Source: Tubulanus polymorphus (lineage: Eukaryota; Animalia; Nemertea). Taken from it: a DNA stretch of 64,000 bases. Shown piece after piece: positions 51,401 to 62,195 of this stretch; position 1 is the stretch's first letter, and each line of letters starts with the position of its first letter. A program made the position numbers and the translations under genes. The notes under the pieces are model-generated. The model made no database searches and was not told where the DNA came from. It saw only the letters and a list, made by a program, of their open reading frames with translations. The DNA lies in assembly GCF_964204645.1 (NCBI RefSeq), contig NC_134028.1, positions 10,896,213-10,960,212 of the forward strand, read 5' to 3'.

Positions 51401-54400
51401 CCAGATGCGGGAGGTAGTTTTTTTAATTTTTAGCACCACCTTTGCACGAAAAATAAATGAGAAATCGCTTCGAAATAAATCACGCCAGAAATCAAACCCG
51501 GAAGTAGCTCCACAGCGACCTTAGCATTTGACATAGGCCTATGGTAACCGACTCCGTTGATAGGGGTTAGAGTCACCACTGGTGCTGATAATATCATATA
51601 TATTAATACGATCAACTTTTCTCGATACGTTCACAGAGCTGCCAACCTTGATTTCATCTTTGGCTGAACACATGTCCAGATTTATCAGTATTTTCAAAAA
51701 TTTTCCAGTAGTCCCAAATTTTCAAAACAGAAAACGCTTAAAAAGTCAGTATTAAGTTATCAAAAGTCTGTATCACAATTAACACATAGAACGTTATTCA
51801 TAATAGAACAAATTCTATTAAAATATGTTAAAATATATTGAAATACTTCAGTAACAGAAATATTATTGATTGTCGAGATCACAATTAACTAAAATTAACA
51901 GTCACAGTAGAAAAACACAACAAAACTTTTGTTTGTTGATAAACTAAAATAAAACATAACATAACATAGCAGTAACAATTATAATACTAAATTTATGATC
52001 AGGCACTAGATAATGCCAGTGTGTTGCGATTAATGATTTTTTAATGACAACCTGGTTGTAGATTTGCATTTTCTTAATAAAGTTTCACTATGATTATTCA
52101 AATGGCATATCCCACCACGTGACTTCAAAAGCATCAGTGCCTCCAGAGTATCTGGAGCAAGGCAAGAACGAAAATCTGTCTTATTTTTACGGACGGTACT
52201 GAACACGCGTTCACAGCAGGCATTGGCCACTGGAATCAGAAGAATTATCATCATGAGTCTGGGAAGCACATTAAATCTAAAAAAGATGACAGACAAGATG
52301 CTCATTGATAAGAATCTAATATATATGACATAAAGTGTTACACTAGACATGAATGAGCCTATGTACCTTTGAGATCCAGTACAATCAATAAGCTGTGCCA
52401 TCAGTTTCCACTGTTCTTCGGCTGGTCTATGAACAGGATCCTTCATTTCAGTAGCAGACGGAATTATGAACAGATCTAATGGGAGATCTTCTTCCTTCAA
52501 GGTTTGATAATCATTGAATTCAGCCTCAATGACATCGAGATCAAAGTTGTCTCGAAGACAGGGGAATCGATCAATGAAGTACTTCATATCTCTAAATTTT
52601 GTGGTCCCTCTCAATGATATGTCAGCCACCTGTGAAGATTAGAAATGCACACACAAACATAAGCCTGCCACAGCAAAGACTATTAAGTTGCAGCGTAATT
52701 TACTTTGAACTGTTCAACCTACCTCAGCATGTTTCCACAAAGGCTGATCACCTGGGTTAATCTTCAGTTTGATATAATTCAACACTGTTTGATAAAACTT
52801 GACTACATCTTTGTAGAATTTCAGTTCCGTGGACTTTGATACGCCATTTGAAATGACATCCTGACTGGCAGAACCTATTACTAGATCTGTGTTCCCTTTA
52901 ATATTATACGAACTTGTGTAATCGATTTGCATTACATTTGGTTGCTGGGTAAACGCAGATGGCTTGCAAATTCTTTGTATCAAGGTAGTCACCAGTTTTT
53001 CGATCACTCTTCTCACTTTGTGGATTTGAGAATTTTCACTCTGCAAAGTCGAGTTAGTAGTCTCAAAAATCTACAAAACATGAATTAAGAATACTGTTTT
53101 ACAATACATGAAGTTGTCATTTAATAAGTCCACAGTATATTCACCACATTAATTATAGACAAATGAATACAGCTTAATATAGCAAGAAGTCTTGAGACAA
53201 AAAACCACATCAATAACCCTAGAATGTATTAATCTGTATTAAGGATTAGGCTATGTAAAAAATATTTGAAAGATTATAATTACCTCTACAGCTTTCATGA
53301 CAAAGGCAGTATATAATTTAGCCGTGCGCCTGCTGAAGAAAGATTTCAGTGTTTTCTTCATAGAACCAGACGATTCAGTACCAAGTTCATCTTCATAATC
53401 CTCACCATCATTTTCACCATCACTACATTCAGCATCGAAAAAAGATTTCAAGGCAGTCCACTGCTCCAGAAGGCGCTTCAAAGCAGGGCCCATAGTTAAC
53501 CATCGTGTCGGGACATGCTTCTTCACTTCATGAGGGGGAATTTCAAGATCCTGTTGAAGTTGCAGCAAAGCCGCGCCTCTCTTTGTTGACTTACTGACAT
53601 ACCAATACAGTTTTCTCAAAATGTCATCGAAGTTGAATTCATCGCTTAAACATTTTAATCCTTTTGAACACGCAAGGTCAAGTAAATGACAGATGCATCC
53701 GGCCAAGTGAACTTTACTATTTTTATCATGAACAAACTTTATAGTTCCTCTTTGTTTCTCCCTGTCATTACAGAGCAATTATCGCAAACAAGACTAAGTA
53801 GTTGCTTCCACTCGATCCCGTTTGAATTGAGTTCTTGATTTATTATGTCAAAAATTGCCTCACCGGTGTGTGATGAATTCCAAATTGGTAAAGACAAGAG
53901 CTGCGTGTGACAGTTTAACGATTCGGTGTCAATAAATCTCACAACAATGGGATAATAAGTGTTATTTTGTAAGGCAGAGCCATTAATTCCTAAAACAAAT
54001 GGATTCGTTTTAAGAGCATCGACACATTTTTCTTTGACGACTTTAGCCAACTCTTTTATTATGCATGTTGTTTTGGTTCGACCAGAGCTATAATCTTTAG
54101 CTATTTGACTGTCAGGAAACATTTTGCGAGCCAATTCCCCGACATGGTCAGCTGCACTAATAGGAATATTGTGCTCGACTAAGAACTCACAGAACATCGT
54201 TTCAGCACGAATAACAGATAGGTCTTCTTTTTTCACGAAAAATGATGTTATATTCTTAGATTTATTCAAAGCTTTGGCAGCTTCCGAATGTTTACTTGTG
54301 GCCATGTGTCTATGGATATCGTCGACGCCACCGTAGGCTACCGTAAAATCGCTTTTACAGTAGGCGCAGAAGGCATGATGTTTGGACTTACTACTCTTTT

Positions 54401-55320
54401 CAATACACGGATATTTCATTGAATATTCCTCCCGAAACTTTTGCATTCTACGCTTTTTCTTTGCAGGGCAAGCCGCTTTAGTATTCAGCTCCGAAACATC
54501 AGAATCAGACGATTCTGAATCAGATCCTACCGAAATCAAAAGGCCGGTCGCCATTTTGTCAACAAACTTCTGACACCGTACTAGTGCGCCATCTTCACTT
54601 CAATGAAGGTGGCGCACTAGTACGGTGTAAGAGAAATTAGATAAGGACCGGCGGGGTCCTCGGGGATGAACAAATGAAGATCGTCGATCATCGGGCCAAA
54701 CTCCCCCCTCAACTTACAAGTTTGATTGAGAGAAAATGAGGAAAAACAAAGTAAATTGCTTTAAAAAGACATTTTGTCAATCCGTAATATATCAATTTTT
54801 TCCGTACTCTCTGGTGAAAATATCCGTAATGATTTTTCAAAAAAAGGAACCCCGTATTTTGTCACGATTTTCCGGAACTGTTACGGAAAAATCAGAACGG
54901 TTGGCAGCTCTGCGTTCATAAAGAAATAAAATGATAAAAAGTTGACGATATGCTTATCATATCAATGCGGGCGGACTTTATTTTTATCGCTAATTTGCCG
55001 ATGATTTTTTTGCAATGCGGGCGGGTTTCAAAATCATGAGAAACGAGAAATATTTTATTGGCCTTACAAGTAAGAAAAACCATAAATAATCTACTAAGCG
55101 GGATTAACTACCGAATTTGTATCAATTGGCATCTATTGCCCACAACATGCAGTTCACTATATCAGTATGTTTAATAAACCAGTATATTTATGTCTAGTAT
55201 ACATTCCATTCAGCTTCACGCGGATACAGATATAACAACCAACGAAAAGGTAAAACTTACCTCCACCAAATGATTTACGGTCTCCTCTTCCACTTCTGTC
55301 ATTTTTACCCCCTTGAGAGT
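42401..55320 (-). CDS. NCL: Nucleolin/NSR1-like protein, 3' part (8 exons): 5 CCHC zinc knuckles, RRM, RGG tail; upstream exons not found in window
   Basis: Exons (minus) 55261-55320, 51078-51131, 50667-50993, 50402-50534, 48646-48755, 48493-48558, 42539-42592, 42401-42450; GT-AG, phases consistent. RNP2 LFVRNL, RNP1 RGFGFVEF, IDGRELQI, RGG repeats, nucleolin-type end FQGKKTTFEDSD*; AATAAA at 42296-42301. Orthology to NCL is inferred. Confidence 0.8.
42927..44062 (+). mobile_element. HINE family 1, full length
   Basis: Same 5' hairpin, microsatellite, 154-bp core repeats (43521/43675) and 3' end as 27192-28460; T-rich flanks. Confidence 0.85.
45732..45988 (-). mobile_element. HINE-like element of another family with (GTCT)n microsatellite
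   Basis: Minus strand TTTTTATTGATGGGTTTC..GAACCCATC hairpin, (TGTC)n/(CCGT) tract at ~45900-45935, CTAGTT end. Confidence 0.6.
46709..46903 (-). mobile_element. Truncated piggyBac-type MITE
   Basis: Inverted homolog of ~23804-23995, ending GCACTGAAAGGG|TTAA. Confidence 0.75.
49821..50394 (-). mobile_element. hAT MITE with 6-bp TSD
   Basis: TIR CAGACCTGCCAACC / GGTTGGCAGATCTG; TSD AACATA at 49815-49820 and 50395-50400; acidic ORF remnant MASGEDNS.. resembles a transposase N-terminus. Confidence 0.85.
51634..54912 (-). mobile_element. hAT DNA transposon with 6-bp TSD (hAT6-like), 3279 bp
   Basis: Perfect 14-bp TIR CAGAGCTGCCAACC; TSD CGTTCA at 51628-51633 and 54913-54918; transposase inside. 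Confidence 0.92.
52030..54554 (-). pseudogene. hAT transposase with three introns, one frameshift and a probable D>N change at the first catalytic residue
   Basis: Exons 53284-54554 (frameshift ~53750), 52723-53070, 52367-52629, 52030-52276; BED-type finger CAYC..H..H, FVLGINGS (D expected), CDNCSVM, CICH, TRW, NACCERVFS. Confidence 0.9.
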
Positions 55321-55623
55321 CTGAAGAAAAAAGAACGAACAATCATTAATACACATATTGCCCTGAATGAATTTAAGGTCAACATTTTTCATGAATGGGA
55401 CTACAGTCAACCTAGATTATTCTGCATCACCAGGGACCAAATTTTTTAGTATGGATTCACGGTGGTATACAAATTTTGTGGTTCTACGCATTAGCTATAA
55501 TCCGTATAAACTATCATTTTAAGCACTTCAAGGGCAGATCAAGGATCTTTGTAGGGGTAATCTAGAGGAATACTAGTGGGTCCAGGGACACAACACCCAC
55601 TTGGGAAGTGGTTTGAAATGCTT

Positions 55624-56605
55624 AACAAGAGCCCCAAGGGGCACTATGGGCCAGCCTGTCGACTTTTCAATAATTATGGCAAATGATGAATTCTGTGGGT
55701 AATATTAATCAAAATACACTCCCCGCTCAGAGTCATATAATTTACACAGTGTATTTGTAAATAGCATAGATGGGGAACTGGCAGGAACAAATACCTGATC
55801 AATCTAATCCCTTGATCTAATTGATTTGAATGCAGAATTTGAATTGGATTTTCTGAATTCTATTCGTTCAATAAAATTAATTTGAATTTGATGTTTTATT
55901 TGTTCAATAGAGTAAAATTTAAAAGGATATGATATTTCTTTGGATAATAAAATTTGCTTGTACTTACAAATCCAGCACATGGTTAATTAGCATTTCAAGG
56001 TCATTCATCGAATTTGAGAAAAAGCTACTTGAGATTTCACAGAAATCGATCCTGTTATACAATTTTAAATCTTAAAATAAATCCCGGAAGTAAAACAGTA
56101 GACCATACTGCAGGGATACGTGAACACCTGCTGATTTCTGCGGCTAAGCCAATCATAGAGCAGAGGAGTCTTTGCTTGGTGATTGGCTTTCTATAACTGA
56201 TATTTTTGTGTTCAGATTTTTGCGAAAAACCTCGCGTAAATTTCAACGAGGCCCTTATTTTCCAAATTCAGCTCCCTAGGATTTGTAGAATGGATAATGC
56301 TTTAATGAATGATTTGTATGAATATATACTCCGTTTCAGTCAGTGGGCCAATCCTCTGGGAACCATGTCATTTAAATTCGCTCCATTTGTATAGCAATAG
56401 GCTCAGCCTATGGCTGGCAGAACAATTAGTAAATGTCAATATTCAACAATCCCCAGTGAACATACTGAAACCGATGTACTTGAAACTCAAGTTACAATTT
56501 TGGTATACACAAAAATCAAAATTTCAAATCACCAAATCACTGGATTTTACTCCTTATCAAATGTAGGGAATTATTATAAAGGACCAATGGTCCAGTGGCT
56601 CGCTT
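55624..56605 (-). mobile_element. HINE-like family 2
   Basis: AACAAGAGCCCCAAGGGGCAC end also at ~34706-34726 (inverted); ~55980-56300 is homologous (inverted) to ~32460-32640 and ~33360-33600. Confidence 0.55.
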
Positions 56606-57280
56606 AAATGGTGTGAAGTAAAAAATTTGTCATGTATATAGGCTACTAGTACGCAAAAATTTATTTCATTGAAAATTACAATATATCAAAAAGGACTTGT
56701 TCAGTGATCTGACTTTTTAATGAGAATGAAATCTTCGAAAAACTGATTATGGGAATTTTCATAATTTTAACACATCCCTTGGATGACGTATAAAACAACT
56801 TAAACTGTGAGTGACCCATTAAAATACGGTACAAAGATAGAGCTGGGTTTCATAGGAGGTTTTTCATTATCATACGGACCAATCAGGACAGAAGCGCGCA
56901 AGTTTATGCAAATTTGAGGCCAGTGCCGGTTACTGACGAAATAAAGTTTATCGACTGACATGGTTTTTAATAATTTCACGGATTGCTTTTAGTAGGCAGG
57001 CAAGCTTACATCTTCACTCAGACAAATCGTTATGAGCGCATTATCGATGACTGATACATACATGCATTGAACACGAGAAAATAAGGCGATATTGCATACA
57101 CTACTGCACACGACTGTTTTCAACGCGAATGCTCATCACTGTGCCGCCATTTACAAACTTATACAAATAATCAGGCTCCAAAACGGATTGTTAATGTGAA
57201 CGTCAATAAAATGACTTCAATTAATGATGATAAAACAACTATTCCAGTCGTGTAAATATCATCTTAAAAAATTCATCTTA

Positions 57281-57964
57281 AACTAGGGGTCCAGGGACAC
57301 CATGCCCACTTGGGAAGTGGTTCCAAATGCTCAAAAATCTAACAATTTCAATACTCAATGTGAAAACTAAATATGCCTCGTTACCAATTTAATATGGAAA
57401 TACTAAGTTATTCTACTATTCAACGCCCCCTGGAGACCATATTCAAAACCCAATGTGCTTGAAACCCACCACAATCATTAAACATGTCATAAGCTACAAC
57501 TTTGCCTGTCTCAAACATCCCTTACCATAGAATACCCATCAGCAATTGCAATGAGAAATGGCATACCAGTAGGAAGCTACAGGCCAAAATTGACATTTTT
57601 GGGCACTTAAAAGGTCATAGGACGGCCATCTTGAGTCCTAACGACCCAATTTTTGTTATGCTGATGGGCCCTGGGGGGATTCAAATACATACGAAAGATC
57701 AAGGTAATTGATTAATGTGTCTTCAAAATTTCCCTCAAAAAGTTCAAAAACATGTAAAAAGTGATTTTGGAGAACAACAATGGCTGCAAGTCGGCCATCT
57801 TGATTCTGATAGGGCCAGTTTATGGGCTGAAGATGTGTCTAGGGTAGATACATATGTAACCCAAATACCAAGACATTACATTGAAGCGTCTTCAAAACTT
57901 CCCACAATAACTCAGAACTGGATTCCATCTACGAACGGATGGACGGACCCAAGTGGGCTAAAAA
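57281..57964 (-). mobile_element. HINE family 1, minus strand
   Basis: AACTAGGGGTCCAGGGACACCATGCCCACTTGGGAAG at the left, GGACGGACCCAAGTGGGCTAAAAA at the right; another 3'-end fragment at 55572-55622. Confidence 0.85.
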
Positions 57965-58879
57965 TTTGATGCTATCAGCTGATCAGTATCATCAGTGAAT
58001 CAGCCGTGTGGCGAACACAATATTCAAGTATTCAAATATTGTGCCTTCCATTGAACCTTAAGTCCCAGTGGGCTAAAAAGTGTCACGGCGGCTTGAGGAG
58101 TAATAGGCAGGGTGGATATGGGTGACTTCGGTGCTAATGGGTTAAAGTCGGCTATTTTTACCAGCTTCCCGTACATCGCAGGTGCGCATTTGCTGTGAAA
58201 AACCCTTGATTATTTAATTTTACTGGTTTAAGACCAGTGACTTATTTTTCTATTAGGCTGGTCCCAGGTCCTCATTTATATGCTTAAAGTATCATTTTAA
58301 AATTACAATTTTTGGAACTAAAATTTTTATTTCCGAGTAGTACTTACCCTTTCCTATCGTTTTTGCCAATATTTTCTAAATTTGGATTTATCGCCAATGG
58401 TTTTTCTATACGACCCGGCCCTGCGGTATTGCATTTAGCCACCGGCGAAATCCGCCATCTTTTTACGTCATAGCAGACCAAAAAAAAAAAACAGCTATGC
58501 GGGGCAGGTGGGCGGGATTCCCACCATAGGAAAGGGTAAGTACTACTCGGAAATACAAATTTTAGTTCCAAAAATTGTAATATTTCCGTCGAGTACTGTA
58601 CCCTTTCCTATGGTTTTTGCTAGACTCGCCTAGCACAAGGATGGTGGGAAAGGTAGATAGAAAAACCACCGCTCAAACGCAAGGTAAGAGGGAAAAAGAG
58701 AGCACTTACCCAAGCACGGAATGGAGCACTGTAGCACAGGGAAGACCGGTTGGCCACAGTGAGTCCGTCCAGCTCAGGGCCCCCCCCCAGAATTTTGCGA
58801 AATTAATACTTGCAGATATGAGCCCAAACTATGTACAAGGATACACCCCCTGTGATCCTGATAATGCAACATAAATATT

Positions 58880-60230
58880 CTACACTAAAGGGTCCGATCG
58901 GAAAGAACGGACACCTTGAGCCATGACAACAGGACCAAGTGAAGCTAATGAGCCTAACTGGCCTGAAACATCCCGTAAATAAAATGACGTGAATGTCGAC
59001 GGTGAATTCCAAAAGGCGGCCCGACAGACTTCCTCCAACGGAGCACCCGAAAAGGCTGCGCAGGAAGTAGCCATAGACCTCACTTGATGAGAAACGACTC
59101 CCTCCGAGGAAAGATTCTCCTTCAATAAAATGTCCTTGATCATTGAAGAGACCCATCGGGCTACTGTGTCCCGCGAAATATCCCCCTTTAGGTGATCCAG
59201 CAGCGGAATAAATAACCGCTCCCGTGAAGCAGAGCGATCTAAATAGAAACACAACGCCCGCACAGGACATAAAGTCCTGTCCGGGATGCCCGGTTCCACT
59301 CGATGTTTTAGGGCTTCAATTCGCCATTGACGCCCAACCGAGCCTGGTCGTTGGTTCTTTGCCAAAAATTCCAAAGCAGGCAGCAGCGAAACAAATTCAT
59401 TCGCTGGCCCAAAGACAATATGACCTTGTCGGACTGAAAGCGCATGAATCTCAGAGCGACGGGCCGAGCAAGCCAAGAGCAGCAAAAATACAGTCTTTTT
59501 TGACAAATTTGCAAATGACGCTGCCGAAAGAGGTTCAAATGGAGCCTCCATTAACTTCTTCAAAATTACAGACAGATCCCATGGTGGAACTGTCCTTGTT
59601 ACCCGAGGCCAAAAATTCCAAAGCAGGCAGCAGCGAAACAAATTCATTCGCTGGCCCAAAGACAATATGACCTTGTCGGACTGAAAGCGCATGAATCTCA
59701 GAGCGACGGGCCGAGCAAGCCAAGAGCAGCAAAAATACAGTCTTTTTTGACAAATTTGCAAATGACGCTGCCGAAAGAGGTTCAAATGGAGCCTCCATTA
59801 ACTTCTTCAAAATTACGGACAGATCCCATGGTGGAACTGTCCTTGTTACCCGAGGCCGGGAAATAGAAAACCCTGCAACCAGCTGGGATATCCGATGATC
59901 CCCTGCTACATTTGGCCATCCAGAAGCACGCAATGTATGAGAAATCGCGGAGCGGTAACCTTTAATAGTTATGACCTGCAAACCTTTTACTACAAATAGG
60001 TGCAGTAAAAAATCTGCCAATTGAGCTACAGAGGGTGAGCATGGATCAATTTCCCCTGCAGCACACCAATCCGCAAAATGACTCCATTTGGCATCGTAAA
60101 TGGTACTTGTTGATGGCCGCTTAGATCCTGCGATAAAGGAGGCAGCCTGTTCTGAAAAGCCTGAAGCTGACAAGGATCGCTGGTCAATGGCCAGGCGAGC
60201 AGATTTAACCACTGGCTGTTTGGATGATGC
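58880..60230 (-). pseudogene. DIRS tyrosine recombinase, disrupted by a 247-bp tandem duplication
   Basis: STSTIYDAKW, IKGYRSAI, PPWDL, ARRSEI, LCPVRAL, HQVR, W..STFTSFY; duplication 59361-59607 / 59608-59854. Confidence 0.92.
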
Positions 60231-62195
60231 CGAAAGTTCCCCTGAGACAGAAGCGATGGGAAATTCGGAAGAATCCTGGGGTTGTCGCACAGTAGGTTGA
60301 GAAGTGGTAGGAACCATTTCTGAGCCGGCCAACATGGTGCTACCAGAACTATGTTGCAATTGACTGATCTCTCTATATGATCCAGAAGCGCGGCAGGACT
60401 GATGTGGGCGGGAACGCATACGCATGCATCCCGACCAGTCCAGAGAGAAGGCATCGACCCACCACGCTTCCGCATCTGGAAACGGGGACACAAACAGAGG
60501 ACACCTCCGATTGAACCGGGTGGCAAACAGATCCAGCAGCGGATTGCCAAAAATGCCCCGAACCCGATCGGCTACTTCTTGGTGGAGAACCCATTCTGTC
60601 GTAATAGCCTGACCTCGACGAGACAGAGCATCGGCCATCACGTTCCTTTTCCCTGCTAAATGTGCCACAGTCAGGGACACGCCCTTTGTCTGGCACCAAA
60701 GAAGAATTTTGGCCGACAGACCTGTGAGGGTTTCTGAGTGAGTGCCCCCTTGGTTCTGAAGGTAAGCCCTCACTGTTGAATTGTCTGTGGCTAACCAAAC
60801 GTGGTGGCCCTCCACTCTCCTGTGAAAGAACTTCAGGGCCTTCCACACGGCCAGCATTTCTAGGAAATTTATGTGGTTGGTGGCCTCGTAGCGAGACCAT
60901 CTCCCGGCTTTGACTCGGTTCTCCAGATGTGCCCCCCATCCTTGGTGACTGGCATCCGTGAATACACGAACTGGAGCCTCTAACGGGGCTAGTGACACCC
61001 CGAGCCGAAGATTCGTAGTTGCCGCCCACCACTGAAGATCCGGACTTAGATCGGTTGGAGGTACGGGAATCAAGGCCTCCCAGTTGCCCTTCGACTGAGA
61101 CCAGAAGCCCTTCCAATATTGTTGCAAGCGCCTGCTTCTGAGGCGGCCTAAGGGCACCACCAGACCCATGGAGCTGATGGAGCCTAGAAGCCGTGACCAG
61201 TAACGAGCTGTTCTCGGGGTTGTGGACACTCCCGCTACAGCTTCTTGAAGTTTGGCTACTCGAACCATAGACGGAAAGACTTTGCCGATTCGGAGATCGA
61301 AGTCCATGCCGAGATAAGTGAACTGTTGGGCCGGCGTCAACTGAGATTTTTCCCTGTTAACGCGGAACCCTAGCTGATGGACTAAGTCCAAGACTGAGGT
61401 CATTGCCTCCCGACATTCCTGAGCCGTATTCGCGACTATTAACCAGTCGTCGAGGTAAACGAACAGTCGAACACCCCTTGACTGAAGTACCTTCTGAACT
61501 GACTTGACCAACTTGGTGAAAACCCACGGGGCCGTACTGAGGCCAAATGGAAGAGACCTGAATTGGAACTGGCGGCCTTTCCACTTTATCCTGAGAAATC
61601 GCCGAGATTTTGAGTGAATTGGAACCTGAAAGTAAGCATCTTTCAGGTCCAATGAAGCCGCCCATTGACCCGGAGGGAGCCCTTGAATCACGTCCTTGGG
61701 CTTGGTCATCCGGAACCTTGGAATGTCTAGGTGCCGATTGAGGGATGACAGATCTATCACTGTCCGTTGACCCCCTGTGGCCTTTGGTACCATGAATATT
61801 CGAGAAAACCAGCCGGGAGAAGTTTCGTTGCAAACTGGTTCTATCGCTCCCTTCTCTGCCAGTTCCTTGAGAGCCGGAGAGATTAAGGCCTCCTGACCTG
61901 GTTTTGGCCGCACGTCGGGAGGTGACCTCATCAGGCGCGGTCGCCTTAGGAAACGGAGACGGTAGCCACGAGAGACGACCCGGGAGGGCCAACCGTCTCC
62001 AAAGAGGTCAGACCAGTGGGTTGCTGCCTGCTGCAGACAACCACCCACTGGTCCCAAGAATTCATTTCGAGTTTTTCCGAAAGGAAGAGCCCCTTTTTGG
62101 AGCCTTCCCCTTGCCTCGATACGAACCGGAACTGTTACGACCGGACGAGGCTTGACACGATTGTTGAAGTTGCGCGCTAGTTCTCCAACCGGCAT
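60026..62195 (-). pseudogene. DIRS pol: reverse transcriptase, RNase H, Dam-like adenine methyltransferase
   Basis: SLDLKDAYFQ, LPFGLSTAP, YLDD; FTDAS, HINFLEM, TDN, NVMADALSR; MT DLFAT..VDAF, then YAFPP and VLVAPCWP..W in shifted frames (two frameshifts at ~60380-60430). Confidence 0.92.

Larger units (their letters stand above)
51322..55063 (-). mobile_element. Second Zator-like element, host of the hAT transposon
   Basis: TTA|GGCC..GGCC|TTA; ~51430-51633 and 54913-55063 are reverse-complement homologs of ~31130-31515. Confidence 0.75.

Noticed and set aside
59535-62195. Novel RT-RNase H-recombinase fusion protein (886-aa ORF)
   Set aside because: Artefact of two frameshifts in the methyltransferase region; the MT motifs YAFPP and VLVAPCWP continue in other frames.
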